64,000 nt of DNA, taken from positions 16,907 through 80,906 of the forward strand of contig MQRK01217779.1 of assembly GCA_001938485.1 (NCBI GenBank), read 5' to 3'. The translations under genes and the position numbers were made by a program. Positions 13,006-26,367 of this stretch are shown one piece after another; the stretch's first letter is position 1, and each line of letters begins with the position of its first letter. Source of the stretch: Girardia tigrina. Its lineage: Eukaryota. The notes under the pieces were generated by a model that was given only the letters and a program-made list of their open reading frames with translations, had not been told where the DNA came from and made no database searches.

Positions 13006-16000
13006 CTGTCTCTTTGTGACAGTACTGCTCCAATCGTATCAAAACTGCATCTGTGTTCAATATAAATTCTTTATCGAAGTCTGGATACGCCAAGATTGGA
13101 GTTTGAACCATTCTTTCTTTTAATCTCTGAAAAGCTTCGTCACATTCTTTTGTCCATATTATTTTATTATCCCCACACAGGCCTTCTAAAACTTTTGAAT
13201 ATCTTGCATAATCTTTTATGAATTTTCTGTAATAATTTGTCAAACCCAAGAAACTCCTTAGATGTTTAATACATGATGGGTTTTGAAACTTGTTAATCGC
13301 ATCAATCTTTGTTTTATCAGTTTCTATACCATCTTTACTTATTACGTANCCCAGAAACTTGGTCTTTTCTACTAGAAATTGACATTTCTCTGGATTTATC
13401 CTCAAACCTGATTCTTTGATTTTTTGAAACACATTCTTTATTCTTTGTAGATGTTTGTTCTTATCTTTAGAAAATATCAAGATATCATCTAGGTATACGA
13501 CTGCTTCCTTCCAGTTCAATTCCCCAAGAATTTTTACCATTAGTTCTTGAAAGGTGGTCGGAGCGGTTGCTATTCCGAAAGGCATTCTTTTAAAAAAATA
13601 TTGACCATTCTTTGTCGAGAATGCCGTTTTAATCTTTGATTCTTCATCAAGTTCAACTTGATAGTATGCGTTTTCCAAGTCAATTGTAGTGAAATACTTT
13701 GCACCATTCAATGTGNNNNNNNNNNNNNNNNNNNNNNNNNNNNNNNNNNNNNNNNNNNNNNNNNNTTCAATGTGTTCAACATATCATCCACATTTGGCAT
13801 AGGGAATGCTGGTCTGAGAGTAACTTTATTTAATTGTCGAAAATCCATACACACTCGTATTTCTTGTTTCTCTTTCTTCCAGACCAATGGAAAGTTCCAT
13901 GGTGAACTACATATTTCGATTATATCATTTTCTTCAAAATTTTTAATAACTTCATCTAATTTTTCATCAAAATGCCTTGGTTGTCTATACAGCTTTACTA
14001 ACACCGGTTCACCATTAGTTTTTATTTTGTGTTTCGTCAATGATGTTTTCCCAATATCCCATTTATCTGCCATGAATATCGACTTAACCTCTTTTATCAT
14101 GTTCATCAACTGATCATCGACCTTACCTCCGTATAAGTCCGTTATCCTTTTCAATCTGTCTTCATCTGATGGGCTATCCCTTATCATAAATACATCACTA
14201 TTTTGTANNNNNNNNNNNNNNNNNNNNNNNNNNNNNNNNNNNNNNNNNNNNNNNNNNNNNNNNNNNNNNNNNNNNATTCCTTTGACAACATAGAATTTTA
14301 TATTCTTTTGGTTCCCTTCAATTTTAATCTTCAAGAGTACTGTTCCATAATTTATTAATTCCGAAGCATTTGCGCATGCTAAACGTCTTCGTGATTCTCT
14401 AATCTTAATATTTGGTATGTTTTTAATTAAACTTAATTCAATCACATTTACTCTAGCACCGGTGTCTAAAAGACAGTGTATTTCTCTATTTTTAATGTAA
14501 AAATCTATACTTGGTCTACCATCTAGTTTGTCATATTTATTTTTGTTATTTTTAAAATTTCTTCATTCTTCGTTTTGTTTCTTTTTTCTTCCATTTTACT
14601 ACTAAAACAGTTTCCTTCACATTCTTCTTTCCAACAATCTAATTTACAAACTTCGAGGGGGTTATTTCCAGTCTTACAATTACATATACAATCACACACA
14701 CCATCATACTTATTTTTATCACTTAATAAAGTACATTGATCACCTCTCCTTGCGATCGTGCTTCCTCGTTTCCATGATCATTTTCATACCTTTGTCTCTT
14801 ATCTGGGAAGACCATTTTAGTTAACTTTCCTTGGTTTGATATCGTCTCTTCGTATTCTCTGTCTTCATTGTATTCATCAATTTCCGCAACTGGGTATTGA
14901 CGATTTTGAGGTCTATTATGGTATCCTGCATTATTTTTTTTCTTCCAATCGCTGTTTCTACTGTACTGTTCTCTTTCCTTAAATCTATTCTTATTGAGAT
15001 AACATTGAGTTCTATAATGGCCATTTCTGTTGCAATGAGTACACTTTACATTTGGGCAATCTCTTCTTATATGGCCTTCTTCTTGACATGCATAACATTT
15101 TACAATTCTGTAAAAATTGTTTTTCGGTTTGAATCCATTATTTCCTTGCTTCCTATTGTTGTGTTCATAATGTCTATGAGGGGTTCTTTCGTTGTGTACA
15201 GCTTTGCGCCTAGTTACGGTTTTCCAATTATCTTGTTTATTTATCGTCGTATATGCTGCAACTGTTTCCTCACTTTCCATTTTATGTAGTTCATACATAT
15301 TGGTAACTACGCTTTTTATATCTTTGGTTTCAGTTGTTCCTCTCAGTGTTAATTCTTTTTTGATTTCATAACTGTCAACCATATTTAAACAGGCGAGGTT
15401 GAGTAGTTCTTTTTTAGACAATTTTTCTTTTGTTAGTATATTCACAAGTTCTTCTGCTTTTTGTATGTTTCTTCTGGGTTGGAGGATCCCCACCGTAAGT
15501 TTACCAACTCCTTCATTGTATCCAGAATGGATTTTTCTTTATTAAATGCAGCCTTCAATTTTTCTTTGTAATTTTTACCGTCCATCTCTGAATATTTTTT
15601 TATTGTCGATGGTGTCATAAACACATTCACCATCACTATTTTCCTCTCTTCTGCTATACCCATAATGTCGGAATAGCGTTCGAAATTATCAATGAAATCT
15701 TCCAAATCCGATTCTGATCCATTGANNNNNNNNNNNNNNNNNNNNNNNNNNNNNNNNNNNNNNNNNNNNNNNNNNGTTGTCACATGAGCCGTGGTCGCCA
15801 TATTAACAACATCACAATTTGAATGCAAACATTTATTTACAACACAAACAGATTCTTCACAACAATTTTCAGAGGTCATCTTTCTTTGATTGATGTAGTT
15901 TTTGATTACATCTTCAAATATGAAAAAATCAATGAATGGGAAATTTTAATATTACATTTTAATTTCTCAAAATTTTATTGGATAAAAAGACATTATGTAA

Positions 16001-16250
16001 TTTTTTAAATAAACATTAATTTTTAAAATATATTAAATTTAATAAATTAAAATCGTTTACTGAAAATATTATTAAAATTCATAATTATCAAACTTTAATT
16101 AATTAATACTTAAAATTAATATCATTAAATTAATTTCATTAGATTCAAATAATGAATCAAATAACATATCAATCCCATCTGAGTAGGAGAGTCACAAATC
16201 TAAACAGCATACAAACAACTAACTTACAACATTCCAAATTATCCCTCACA
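13006..16250 (-). mobile_element. Ty3/gypsy LTR retrotransposon, 3'-truncated in RNase H (5' LTR, PBS, gag, PR, RT)
   Basis: gag with two CCHC knuckles (14723-15801, frameshifted); protease LDTGA (~14455-14470); RT YLDD (ORF 12929-13711); homology ends after DA...VLSQRD near 13006. Close relative of 46289-51411. Confidence 0.9.
15801..16250 (-). repeat. 5' LTR (~450 bp, TG...TA termini)
   Basis: Minus strand starts TGTGAGG, shares the ctcc-x-a-c-x-cagatg motif with the LTRs at 46289 and 50952, and ends TAATA directly before PBS TGGCGACCACG. Confidence 0.8.
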
Positions 16251-16599
16251 AATGTAAAACCAATAAATGAATTTGTAATAAATAAAACCTCATAAATTTT
16301 CTTATTTACCAAACATTAGAAACCATGATATTTTTAATATTTTCTTCATAAGCTATGGTTAATAGAGGTTGAGAACGCCTAATTTATAATATTTTAATTA
16401 TTTTATTAAATTAATTATAATATCTGCCAACTTAGGATAAATTGATTAGATGATTTTCGTGGATGAAAAAATCAGATAATGGTTTAAGATAAAATTTTTA
16501 AGACATTTCATAATTGGAATCTCAAATCAAAATATTTAGATTATAAATTATTTTGAATCTTTATTTTATAACAATTATTTATGTATTTTCAATTTTAAG

Positions 16600-16949
16600 G
16601 TTGATTCTAACACAATATTTCGCACTCGAGCGATTTTGTGTATGCCTATTAAAAGTGCGACCGGTCAAGTGCTCAGTGTTTGTCAATTGACAAATAAGAT
16701 ACGTGGTGAAGGCTTTACACAAACGGATATCTATCTCTTTGAGGCATTTGGACTATTCTGCGGTCTAGGAATTCATAATACCCATATGTATGAGGAAATA
16801 TCGCGAGCAATGGCAAGACAAAGAATTACTTTAGAAGTTTTATCTTATCATGCTATTTCCCCGTATGAAGATGCCGTTAAGCTTTCCAAAATGCTTATCC
16901 CATCACTCCGATACCATAAACTAAATCAGTTCACTTTTACAGACTTTAA
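16600..16949 (+). CDS. PDE5/PDE11-family phosphodiesterase, exon (GAF-B C-terminal half and linker)
   Basis: AG acceptor 16598-16599; VDSNTIFRTRAILCMPIKS...CQLTNK...FTQTDIYLFEAFGLFCGLGIHN...LEVLSYHA (NKFDE GAF motif); GT donor 16950, phase 2. Confidence 0.92.
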
Positions 16950-16961
16950 GTAATTTTATTC

Positions 16962-17025
<64 letters not shown>

Positions 17026-18101
17026 AATAGTTCTGACATTAGTTTCATTGACATAACACATTTTAATGACAAAAAACCAAAACCCAATTCCTTTTTTTCG
17101 TCTAAAAAGGTAAACAAATGATTCATGCGGTCATATGGCGCGTAAGCGTATTTCAATGTTGATTGAAAAACGGAAGATAATGAAATAGGTAAAATGATTT
17201 AACAATTTTTAAAATATTTTCGCAATTATATTTTCACTTTTCAATAAAAATGATTAGATACATCAGTTATCTATGTTCGAAAATTGCTATCAAGCCGCAG
17301 ATATATATTATATATATATATATATTATAAAGTCATCAAAAGATTCAAATTTACTTTATAATTAACCATTTGGTTATCTGCTTTTCTTGAGAAAAATGAA
17401 ATTTTTCAAAACTTAATGCTATTGAAATGGATTTTATTGAACACAGTACAACATATAATGATTAAAAATGACGTTTCGTATGATAATTCTTTAAAAAAAT
17501 CTTCAATGCAAAGCAACAGCATTCTTTGTACATAAAACATGTTCTTTCGTTTGCTATTAGCTTAATAAACAACATGTATTATATTTAGTGTTTGGCAAAT
17601 TAATTAAAGTATCTTGATTGTGATAGTCGTCTAGGCAATGTTGATACTTGTGCACCATTATTTGGAATTTTACGGGACAAAATACAGTACCTTGAGAAAT
17701 TCATTAATAGGTATATATATATATATATATATAATTAAATAAATAGAAATTAAATGTGTTACTGAACACTTTGTTAATACGTTGAGTGTGATACGACCCA
17801 TCTGTGGATCGTCTAGAGTCTTAATTTGTCTTAATTGTTCTCGTTTGCGAAACAGTAATATTAACGTGTAGAGAACATCAAGAATTACTATATATATATA
17901 TATATATATATATACTTAGGCTGTCCCAAAAGTCCTCAGATGGCCTTTAAAAACACACTAATATTTTACCAAATTTAACCAAATTTGGACTGAATATTAT
18001 TCAGACTGTCATAAATACTGTGTTAAAATTTCAAAGCTTAAAATTAAGAAAAAAGTTAAATTTTGTTTTATTAAAGTATTGAAATTTTAAAAGTGCAGCG
18101 T

Positions 18102-18515
18102 TGTGTTGATGTTTTTGTGTAGTGCTTGCATGTTTAAATGTTGTGTGTTGATTTGGAATTGTGTCTCTCCTAATCAGATGGATGATTAATATTTTAATTC
18201 TTATTATCTGAAACTAATTTATTCAAATTTAGCTTTAATATTCAAATTTTTAATTTTTTATTATTGTAAATTTTTAAATAATTAAATCAAATTAATGTTT
18301 AAAAATGATTATAAAAAGTAATTTATTTTAGCCAATAAAATTTAAATTAAACATTTTAAATAAAATAATTTTCTCAAAGTTAGTTCAGATTTGGATGAGA
18401 AGTATTAAACATTGAGTGATGGAATTAAGAGAAAGCAATACTATTGATCGTCATAGAGATGATCAAAATTGTAAATGTAATAAATGTAATGTCAAATGTG
18501 TGAGTTCTCTTAACA
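18102..18515 (+). repeat. Solo or remnant LTR related to the gypsy family at 46289
   Basis: Contains tctctcctaatcagatg and AATAAA and ends ttctcttaaca, like the other LTRs. No TSD found; 5' boundary uncertain. Confidence 0.55.
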
Positions 18516-19101
18516 ATAATAATAATATTTTCAATTTCCAAATTTTGATCCATTTGATTATATATTTTTATGAAATTTATTCCGAATTTAATAAAAATCA
18601 TTTTAACGTTTTTCTTATCAAATTAATTGGTGTCTCATTTAGTATGTATAAGAACAAAATTCATAAACATAGAATAAAATTTTAAAATTAGAATAATATA
18701 AAAATATTGCAATAATTCAGAAATTATATCGTTTTTTTAAATCGTCTGCTTAAAAATTAAAGTCATTTATATGTTAAAAATTGAAATAAATATGCAAAGT
18801 CTGCTTCCTTGAAAATCGTTCTTAATATGCTCCTGATTGTCATATAATGAACTACGATTTAAAGATAAAATAAAAATATACATAGTTAATTTAATTTGGA
18901 AAATTTGAATAAGGAGAAAACCTTTAAAATTGACAAAATTTCAAATGGAAAATCTTTAAGTTATTTTAAAGTTCGTTATTTAAAATATATTTAAATTCAA
19001 CTAAATTGAGAACTAGATGTAGTGCAATTTATTTTGTGTAGCATTTATTCTTTACAATTTAATATTAATATTTTAATTGTTAATGATATTACCTATTTTA
19101 G

Positions 19102-19294
19102 CATGACAGATGATGACACTATTAAAGGTTGTATAAGAATGTTCATAGATCTAAATCTGATTAATTTATTTAAAATTGACTATGTTGTATTGTGTCGATG
19201 GCTTTTGTCTGTGAAAAAGAATTATCGCCAGGTCACCTATCACAACTGGCGACACGCATTTAATGTGGCCCAGACTATGTTCACCATGATACAA
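19102..19294 (+). CDS. PDE5/11-family exon (start of catalytic domain)
   Basis: Phase-2 join AA+C = Asn; ...[25 protein letters not shown] (YHN motif); AG/GT boundaries. Confidence 0.95.
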
Positions 19295-19344
19295 GTACTT
19301 TCGTTCTGACGTCTTTCTCTTACTTGTTTTGTTGATTAATTTAG

Positions 19345-19542
19345 ACCGGAAAACTGAATCAAATATTCTCTAATGTAGAAATAATTGCTCTACTAATTGC
19401 TTGTTTGTGTCATGATCTTGATCATAGAGGCACAAATAATCAATTTCAAGTAAAAACAATGTCTCCTTTGGCTGAACTATATTCAACCTCTGTATTAGAA
19501 CATCACCATTTTGATCAGTGTATTATGACTTTAACAACTAAA
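19345..19542 (+). CDS. PDE5/11-family exon (metal-binding HD motif)
   Basis: Follows a 50-nt intron; [18 protein letters not shown]...[11 protein letters not shown], the class I PDE signature; GTAAG donor. Missed by the ORF track. Confidence 0.95.
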
Positions 19543-19862
19543 GTAAGAATATATATTTTATTGAGATTATTTATCATTTAAAAAAATTAAATAAAATAAT
19601 TGAATCTTTAGTTTTTAATGTAAGATTTCCTAACACTCTTCCCAAATCGACTTCTGTTAAAATAATAGTTTCTTTTACTTACTCCATTAAATTTTACCAT
19701 AATCGTTTTTGAGAACACTGATACAATTATTTTTACAACATTTATTATTATAACAATGAGAGTTGCCTCCGAGATTGCTCTCGGTATATCGTTCACAAGC
19801 TTGAGTCAATTCAATTTGTTTCATTTATTCTTTTCGGCCGCCATTTGTATATAACATCAATA

Positions 19863-21137
19863 TTAGGTGTACAAGTATGAAATGCGGATTAAATTTTGAA
19901 AAGAAATACGTTAAAAACAAAAGAACGATAAAAAAAGCTTTATTCAAAATATGCTCCATTACTAATGATACATTNNNNNNNNNNNNNNNNNNNNNNNNNN
20001 NNNNNNNNNNNNNNNNNNNNNNNNNNNNNNNNNNNNNNNNNNNNNNNNNNNNNNNNNNNNNNNNNNNNNNNNNNNNNNNNNNNNNNNNNNNNNNNNNNNN
20101 NNNNNNNNNNNNNNNNNNNNNNNNNNNNNNNNNNNNNNNNNNNNNNNNNNNNNNNNNNNNNNNNNNNNNNNNNNNNNNNNNNNNNNNNNNNNNNNNNNNN
20201 NNNNNNNNNNNNNNNNNNNNNNNNNNNNNNNNNNNNNNNNNNNNNNNNNNNNNNNNNNNNNNNNNNNNNNNNNNNNNNNNNNNNNNNNNNNNNNNNNNNN
20301 NNNNNNNNNNNNNNNNNNNNNNNNNNNNNNNNNNNNNNNNNNNNNNNNNNNNNNNNNNNNNNNNNNNNNNNNNNNNNNNNNNNNNNNNNNNNNNNNNNNN
20401 NNNNNNNNNNNNNNNNNNNNNNNNNNNNNNNNNNNNNNNNNNNNNNNNNNNNNNNNNNNNNNNNNNNNNNNNNNNNNNNNNNNNNNNNNNNNNNNNNNNN
20501 NNNNNNNNNNNNNNNNNNNNNNNNNNNNNNNNNNNNNNNNNNNNNNNNNNNNNNNNNNNNNNNNNNNNNNNNNNNNNNNNNNNNNNNNNNNNNNNNNNNN
20601 NNNNNNNNNNNNNNNNNNNNNNNNNNNNNNNNNNNNNNNNNNNNNNNNNNNNNNNNNNNNNNNNNNNNNNNNNNNNNNNNNNNNNNNNNNNNNNNNNNNN
20701 NNNNNNNNNNNNNNNNNNNNNNNNNNNNNNNNNNNNNNNNNNNNNNNNNNNNNNNNNNNNNNNNNNNNNNNNNNNNNNNNNNNNNNNNNNNNNNNNNNNN
20801 NNNNNNNNNNNNNNNNNNNNNNNNNNNNNNNNNNNNNNNNNNNNNNNNNNNNNNNNNNNNNNNNNNNNNNNNNNNNNNNNNNNNNNNNNNNNNNNNNNNN
20901 NNNNNNNNNNNNNNNNNNNNNNNNNNNNNNNNNNNNNNNNNNNNNNNNNNNNNNNNNNNNNNNNNNNNNNAACACAGAAATACAACAATTATTAAAACGC
21001 TTTATCAATTTATGAGTTACGTATGAGACACTACATAATTACTCAATATTATGACATCATTGCCTAACCATTGACCTACTTTTTGCATTATGCACAATCC
21101 GTTTTCTGAAATCCGCATTTCATACTTGTACACCTAA
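19863..21137 (-). mobile_element. mariner (Mos1/mauritiana-like), interior hidden by N gap
   Basis: Perfect 28-bp TIRs TTAGGTGTACAAGTATGAAATGCGGATT with TA flanks. Minus strand next to the gap encodes CIISNGAYFE*, a mariner C-terminus. Confidence 0.85.
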
Positions 21138-21542
21138 TATTTACAATGTATTAAATGAAAATTTTTTACCAGAGTTAAATTTTATTTATAACTATCGATG
21201 ATTTAGTTTAATGGATTGTTTACACTATTTTCGAAAATGTTTTATTTTTTATCCAACGCTTTTGTATGATAATATATCTAATGAAAATATAATTTAAAAT
21301 TGTAAATCTTATTTAATTTATGAAATGCTTTTAACAAATTATTTATTTTGTAGAACATTTTTAAAGAAATATAGTTTCAATAAAAAAACTCAATTAATTT
21401 TTTTGTGTTCGTAATACAAATGAAAAGCATTCCTTATTTTAAATTTTGTTTTTTATTATTTATCAGACTTTGAATTTTTTAATACAGTTATATTTTGCTT
21501 GAAAAGAATTAAATCCTACTTCGAGCTGCATACACGCGCCTG

Positions 21543-21586
<44 letters not shown>

Positions 21587-21592
<6 letters not shown>

Positions 21593-22929
21593 TGCCTCAT
21601 ACGTTTTGTCGCACAATATATCTATGTTAACTGCCGATATCCTTGCATCACATAAATAATTCTTATATATTTGCAATCCCTAATAAAATGTGAATTAGAT
21701 AAAATAGCATTTGCGATCTACTTATGTCCAATAATTTTTATTTTCTATTCTAAATGAATTTTCGTTTTAATAAAATAATAGCATATTCGTAAATTTCGAA
21801 CATTTTCATCATCCTTAATGGATTTTAATCGCTCTGATATTCGTAAATTAATTTACTATTGCTGGAAAAGGGATGTAACACCTTCACAGATGACTGACAA
21901 AAGTAACACCGCCCTTGGATTTGGAACAGTCTCAAAGAGAACTTGTGAAACGTGGATTTCCAATTTTCATAAAAACAACTTTAACACAGACGATCAAATC
22001 CGCAAAGGACATAGATGAGAAGATAATCGAGTTTCTGACTGAAAACAAGTGTGAAACAACGAGGAACATTGCAGAGGGAATTGATCAGGATAAAACCACG
22101 GTGTGCCGGCACTTGAATGCAAAGGGATATACCGATACCTTGAAAATTGCTGGGTGCCACACGTTCTGACGCAACAGAACAAGGATAATCGCAAAAGAAT
22201 TTGTCAACAGCTATTGGATCGTTATCACCGGAATGATTTCCTGTCCCAAATCATCACCTGCGATGAGATATGGGTGTACTGGGACAACGAAGGCGCTTTC
22301 AACAATAGATCATGGAGAAAATCGGATTAAAACCCACTTGCAACAGCGGCATGAAGACTGAAAAACCGAAAGCATCTTGCCTCCGTCCTTTGGGACAGTA
22401 AAGGACTGCTCTTGTTAGATATCTTACCTTCAAATGCAACAATCAATGCGGATGTCTACTGTACTCAGTTGGATCGTCTCATTATCGCCGTTCAGCAGAA
22501 GCGCAGACGGTTGCTCCATGGAGGAAACCACAATGTTCATTATCTCCATAATAATGCTCGTCCGCATACGGCTGCTAAGACCAAGGACAAGCTGAATGCG
22601 CTTGATTCACCATACTATCACATCCACTATACTCCCCCGATCTCTCACCATCTGACTAATATCTATTCTCTCAAATGAAATGTGCACTTAGAGGAAAGAA
22701 TTATGCCGATGTCAACGATATCAACGAAGATATTCTACATTGGTTTGACAAGAAACCGCGTGATTTTTTCCAAAATGGGATACACAGCCTCCTCGGACGT
22801 TAGCTGAGATGTATTGAGCACAATGGCGAATACTTTTCACATTAGCATGACGTGGACGATTGAAAAAAATATTTAATATTTTATTGTATTTTGGTGGTTT
22901 TTTGCGACAAAACTTATGAGGCAACCCTA
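21587..22929 (+). mobile_element. Full-length defective mariner inserted in a (TA)n run
   Basis: TIRs tagggttgcctcata.gttttgtcgca and its reverse complement; WVPHVL, ITCDEIW, LHNNARPH motifs split by frameshifts and stops. Confidence 0.9.
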
Positions 22930-22939
22930 TATATATATA

Positions 22940-23929
22940 CAGTGCTTTTTTTCTAGTAAAAAATGGTTTGGGAATTCATTTTATATCTGTTTTTACCTTA
23001 TGTCAAAAAGTACTATAATTGAATTTTCCCACTGAACACAAATTTATTTTACAGGAAATTTAAAGACAATCGTTTTTATAAGAAAATGAAAGACTCAAAG
23101 AGTTTATTTATAATAAAAACCGAACTGACTAAAGTTTATGTGGAAAAATCAAAAATGTATTCTACTGTATTATGATACTGTACCGTATTAGGCTTTAAAA
23201 CAACTTCCAGAGTTTTCTCATGTTTTCATCAGACAAATCATCTCTATTTATTTTCTTGCTTTGTGAGTTTAGAGCTGAATGTTTGCCTCGAAGCAGCCAA
23301 GAGTCTACGTACTTTGTAGGATCAAAATATGTTAGTGGAGGGCCGACCATTCTGATGAATAAAAGTGCCGAGACTGTTTTTGTAAGTAAGTAAATTAGAG
23401 AAATTATTAAAGCAATAGGAGAAGGGAAAGAAACAAGATTTAAACAACATGAAGGATGTATAAGAACAGTAAATAATAAGATCTGAATACCGAAATTTCA
23501 ACTGGCTGTTCAGGTTATCTGTCCAATGACTCTGATGTAGTATACTAGTCCATTAAGCTAGTTCAACATCCTCATTAGACAGTAATCTTTTCGCAATTGA
23601 TTCGCTAAGTTTCTCGTAAAAGACATTTGCATCAATTGGAGGGTCATTTTTGCAGTTTCTGTTGTGTAGTACGATTTCATTAAATATTAGATGCTCAGCA
23701 GCTGCTGTTGCACTCCTGTAGTATGGGCCTGGATTTTCCCTTCGTTCCACGAACACCTGTACGAGTGATTTTATTTTTTGATTCGCTTTGTAAAGGATTG
23801 CATGTAGAAAGGATTGCATGGTATGCGCGCAATGTCTTATACAGCACGAGTAAGCTAAAACTGGCAAATTGAAGACGCGACTGTTAGCAATAAATGAAGA
23901 TACTCTTTCAATGCCATGGCAACACGATT
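22940..23929 (-). mobile_element. hAT transposon 3' remnant (ZNF862-like transposase)
   Basis: Terminus CAGTGCTTTTTTTC at 22940; minus-strand LLFIRMVGPPLTYFDPTKYVDSWLLRGKHSA C-terminal motif. Interrupted by a 110-bp insert. Confidence 0.65.
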
Positions 23930-25064
23930 GTAAGTAAATTAGAGAAATTATTAAAGCAATAGGAGAAGGGAAAGAAACAAGATTTAAGCAACATGAAGGA
24001 TGTATAAGAACAGTAAATAATAAGATCTGAATACCGAAAGAATTCAGAAAGAATTATATTTTATTTTTTCATAAAGCTCTTTGTCATGCCGGGGTAAAGA
24101 AAACTTACTCATTCATGAAAGAGGAGTATGATATGGAAGAATTTAAGAAAATAACATAGACAATAATACGTTCATGTACAGCATGTTAAACAGCAAAAAC
24201 TTACACAGGAAAGACAAAAGAAAAAACAATGAATCTGATAGCAGATCGCCCATTGGACGACATTTACATGGATTTTTGTGGACCGATGCCAATCATTAAT
24301 GGGAAAAAGTATACTCTCGGCATAATAGACAGGTTCAGTAGATATGTTAGCCTTACAACTGTAAATAATCAAGATGAGACAACAACAATAGAGACGTTAC
24401 AACGGAAGTGGATATTTCGGTTTGGAGCACCAGCGTGCATTCACGTGGACCATGGAAAACTATTCGAATCTCGATTATTCGAAGACTTCGCGAAATCGAG
24501 ACTGATTAAAATAGCGTTTTCGAGTACATACCACCATAGTTCGAACGGTATAATAGAGAGGCAATTCCGAACCGTTCGAGATGCATTAAACGCGACACTA
24601 AAAGAAAGAAGAAGTAAAAATTGTGTAGAATTACCACCGGAAATAGAGTTCACTATGAACGCATCAGTACAAAGTACGATTGGATACAGTCCGGCGGAAG
24701 TAATTTTAGGGAAACGATTGACTCTTGATGGTTCTCGACATTACGAGTTGGATAACAAGAAGATCATTGATGAAATTAAAAAATTAGAGATGGGAAAAGC
24801 AGTGACAACTACCACAAAACGGAATTTTCAGATTGGAGACTGGGTATTAGGGAAAATAGAAAATCGACAGAAAGGTTCGGATCGTTATGAGGGACCTTAT
24901 GAAATCATTAGTAAAGAACATGATCGGTGCGTGAAGATGCGGAATAAAACAGGTCAAATAATAAACAGAAATATCGAATGGCTGAAGCCTTTTAAAGAAG
25001 GGGGGTGTAAGCATAAATAATTATATGATATTTATATTATCTTTATTATACTATATATGTTACA
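23930..25064 (+). mobile_element. Ty3/gypsy integrase fragment, PPT and very short LTR
   Basis: ORF 24229-25020 has YMDFCGP...IDRFSRY...HVDHG...NGIIERQFRT...GPY...RNIEWLKPF. PPT gaagggggg precedes TGTAA...TTACA (25006-25064). Confidence 0.85.
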
Positions 25065-25189
25065 ATAATGGATGCAAAATATTCAAATTAATCTCTTGAA
25101 TTTGTTTAAATAATATTTAACAACTCGTGTAATTTTTAAATCACAAATATATATTTTCTGTTTTATAATCGTTTGTTAATTATTATGGA

Positions 25190-25794
25190 ATACAGCTGGT
25201 ACGAAACTCTTGTCTACAATTCCAAACATCCACACTTGAGTGTCCAAAACGTTGATTGTATAGTAATTTTGCTTATCATCACCTCCAAGACAAACAGGAT
25301 TTTGATTTAAGTATTTACTTACTCATTTTTAAATAATTTGAAATTTTGATGACATTTCCATGAATATTGATCTTTTAATGCATTCTTTTTTGTCCACTTC
25401 ATTTCCAACATACAGTACATGCAGCACATTCTCGATCGCACGATACCTGTTTGTTTCAGAAATTTTATTATTATTTCTACATCCACAGTCAGTATTTTTT
25501 TGATTGTTTTTTCATACACGAGAGAAACGTTTTTTACGAAACGTTTTTAGTACAATTTTAGTACAAAATTACTTTTATGAGACATTTTTATATAATAGCG
25601 GTAATATAAAACCTTAATTTATATAACTTTAATTGTAATACGTAAGAATAACCGTTATACAAGTAATACCCTAAAAATAACACAAATAAAAAATAATCCT
25701 CTAAAAATTACACAAATAAAAAGTACGCCCCACCCCAAAATTACAGAAGTAAAAAGTACACCACCCAAAATTACACAAGTAAAAGTTAAGCCCC
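25190..25794 (-). mobile_element. Merlin (ISXO2-like) transposon remnant, 5' end
   Basis: N-terminal C-x2-C...WKC zinc motif (ORF 25319-25519) and QVWMFGIVD motif; ~30-bp subterminal tandem repeats (aaaattacacaagtaaaaag) ending in a GG terminus. Confidence 0.6.
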
Positions 25795-26118
25795 TGGGGA
25801 CTTAAATTTTACTTGATTTCATTTTCACAAATATTTTCAAAAAATTCAATGTAAAATTTCTTACGACGAATCCAATCTCCTATAAAAAATTATTTTATTT
25901 TTTAAATACAATTTCTTATTCAATTTTTAATAAAATCCCACTCAAAAGATTTTATTTAAAAACAAATCATTGAATTTTCTTCCGGAACAAATATATTTTC
26001 AAATTATTAATCAATAATTCTAAATTTAGTTGAATTCCGCTTAAAATTGTATTTAATATTCAGATTTTGCTTATGTATTTTTACTGTTACGTTAGTTAAT
26101 TTTATCTTTGTTTAAAAG

Positions 26119-26367
26119 GGAAGTGATATGCTTTGCAATGTGAATTCTCATGATTATCAAGTAATAGTAAAATTAATTGAAGAAGCCATTTTGGCTACAG
26201 ATTTAGCAATGTACTTTCAAAAAAGAAAAACTTTTTTCGATATCGTTTCACAAAAAGCAGAAAATTATGATTGGCCGTTTGAAGAAGAAAGATCGCTCTT
26301 GCGGTCCATGTGCATGACAGCTTGCGATGTTGCTGCCATTACTAAGCCTTGGGATGCGCAAAGAAAA
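26119..26367 (+). CDS. PDE5/11-family exon
   Basis: GSDMLCN...EAILATDLAMYF...MTACDVAAITKPWDAQRK; AG 26117-26118, GT 26368; phase 0/0. Confidence 0.95.

Noticed and set aside
1-16599. Upstream PDE (GAF-A/GAF-B N-terminal) exons
   Set aside because: No matching coding exon seen by eye; a very short exon could have been missed.
19825-21026. Long ORFs of 348-387 aa in the ORF track
   Set aside because: They consist of X residues read through an N gap. The same applies at 27305-27611 and 40689-41113.
6200-23360. Other CTGATGA occurrences (~6205, ~8380, ~9241, ~23352) as hammerheads
   Set aside because: No stem II closed by GAAA and no stem I/III pairing.
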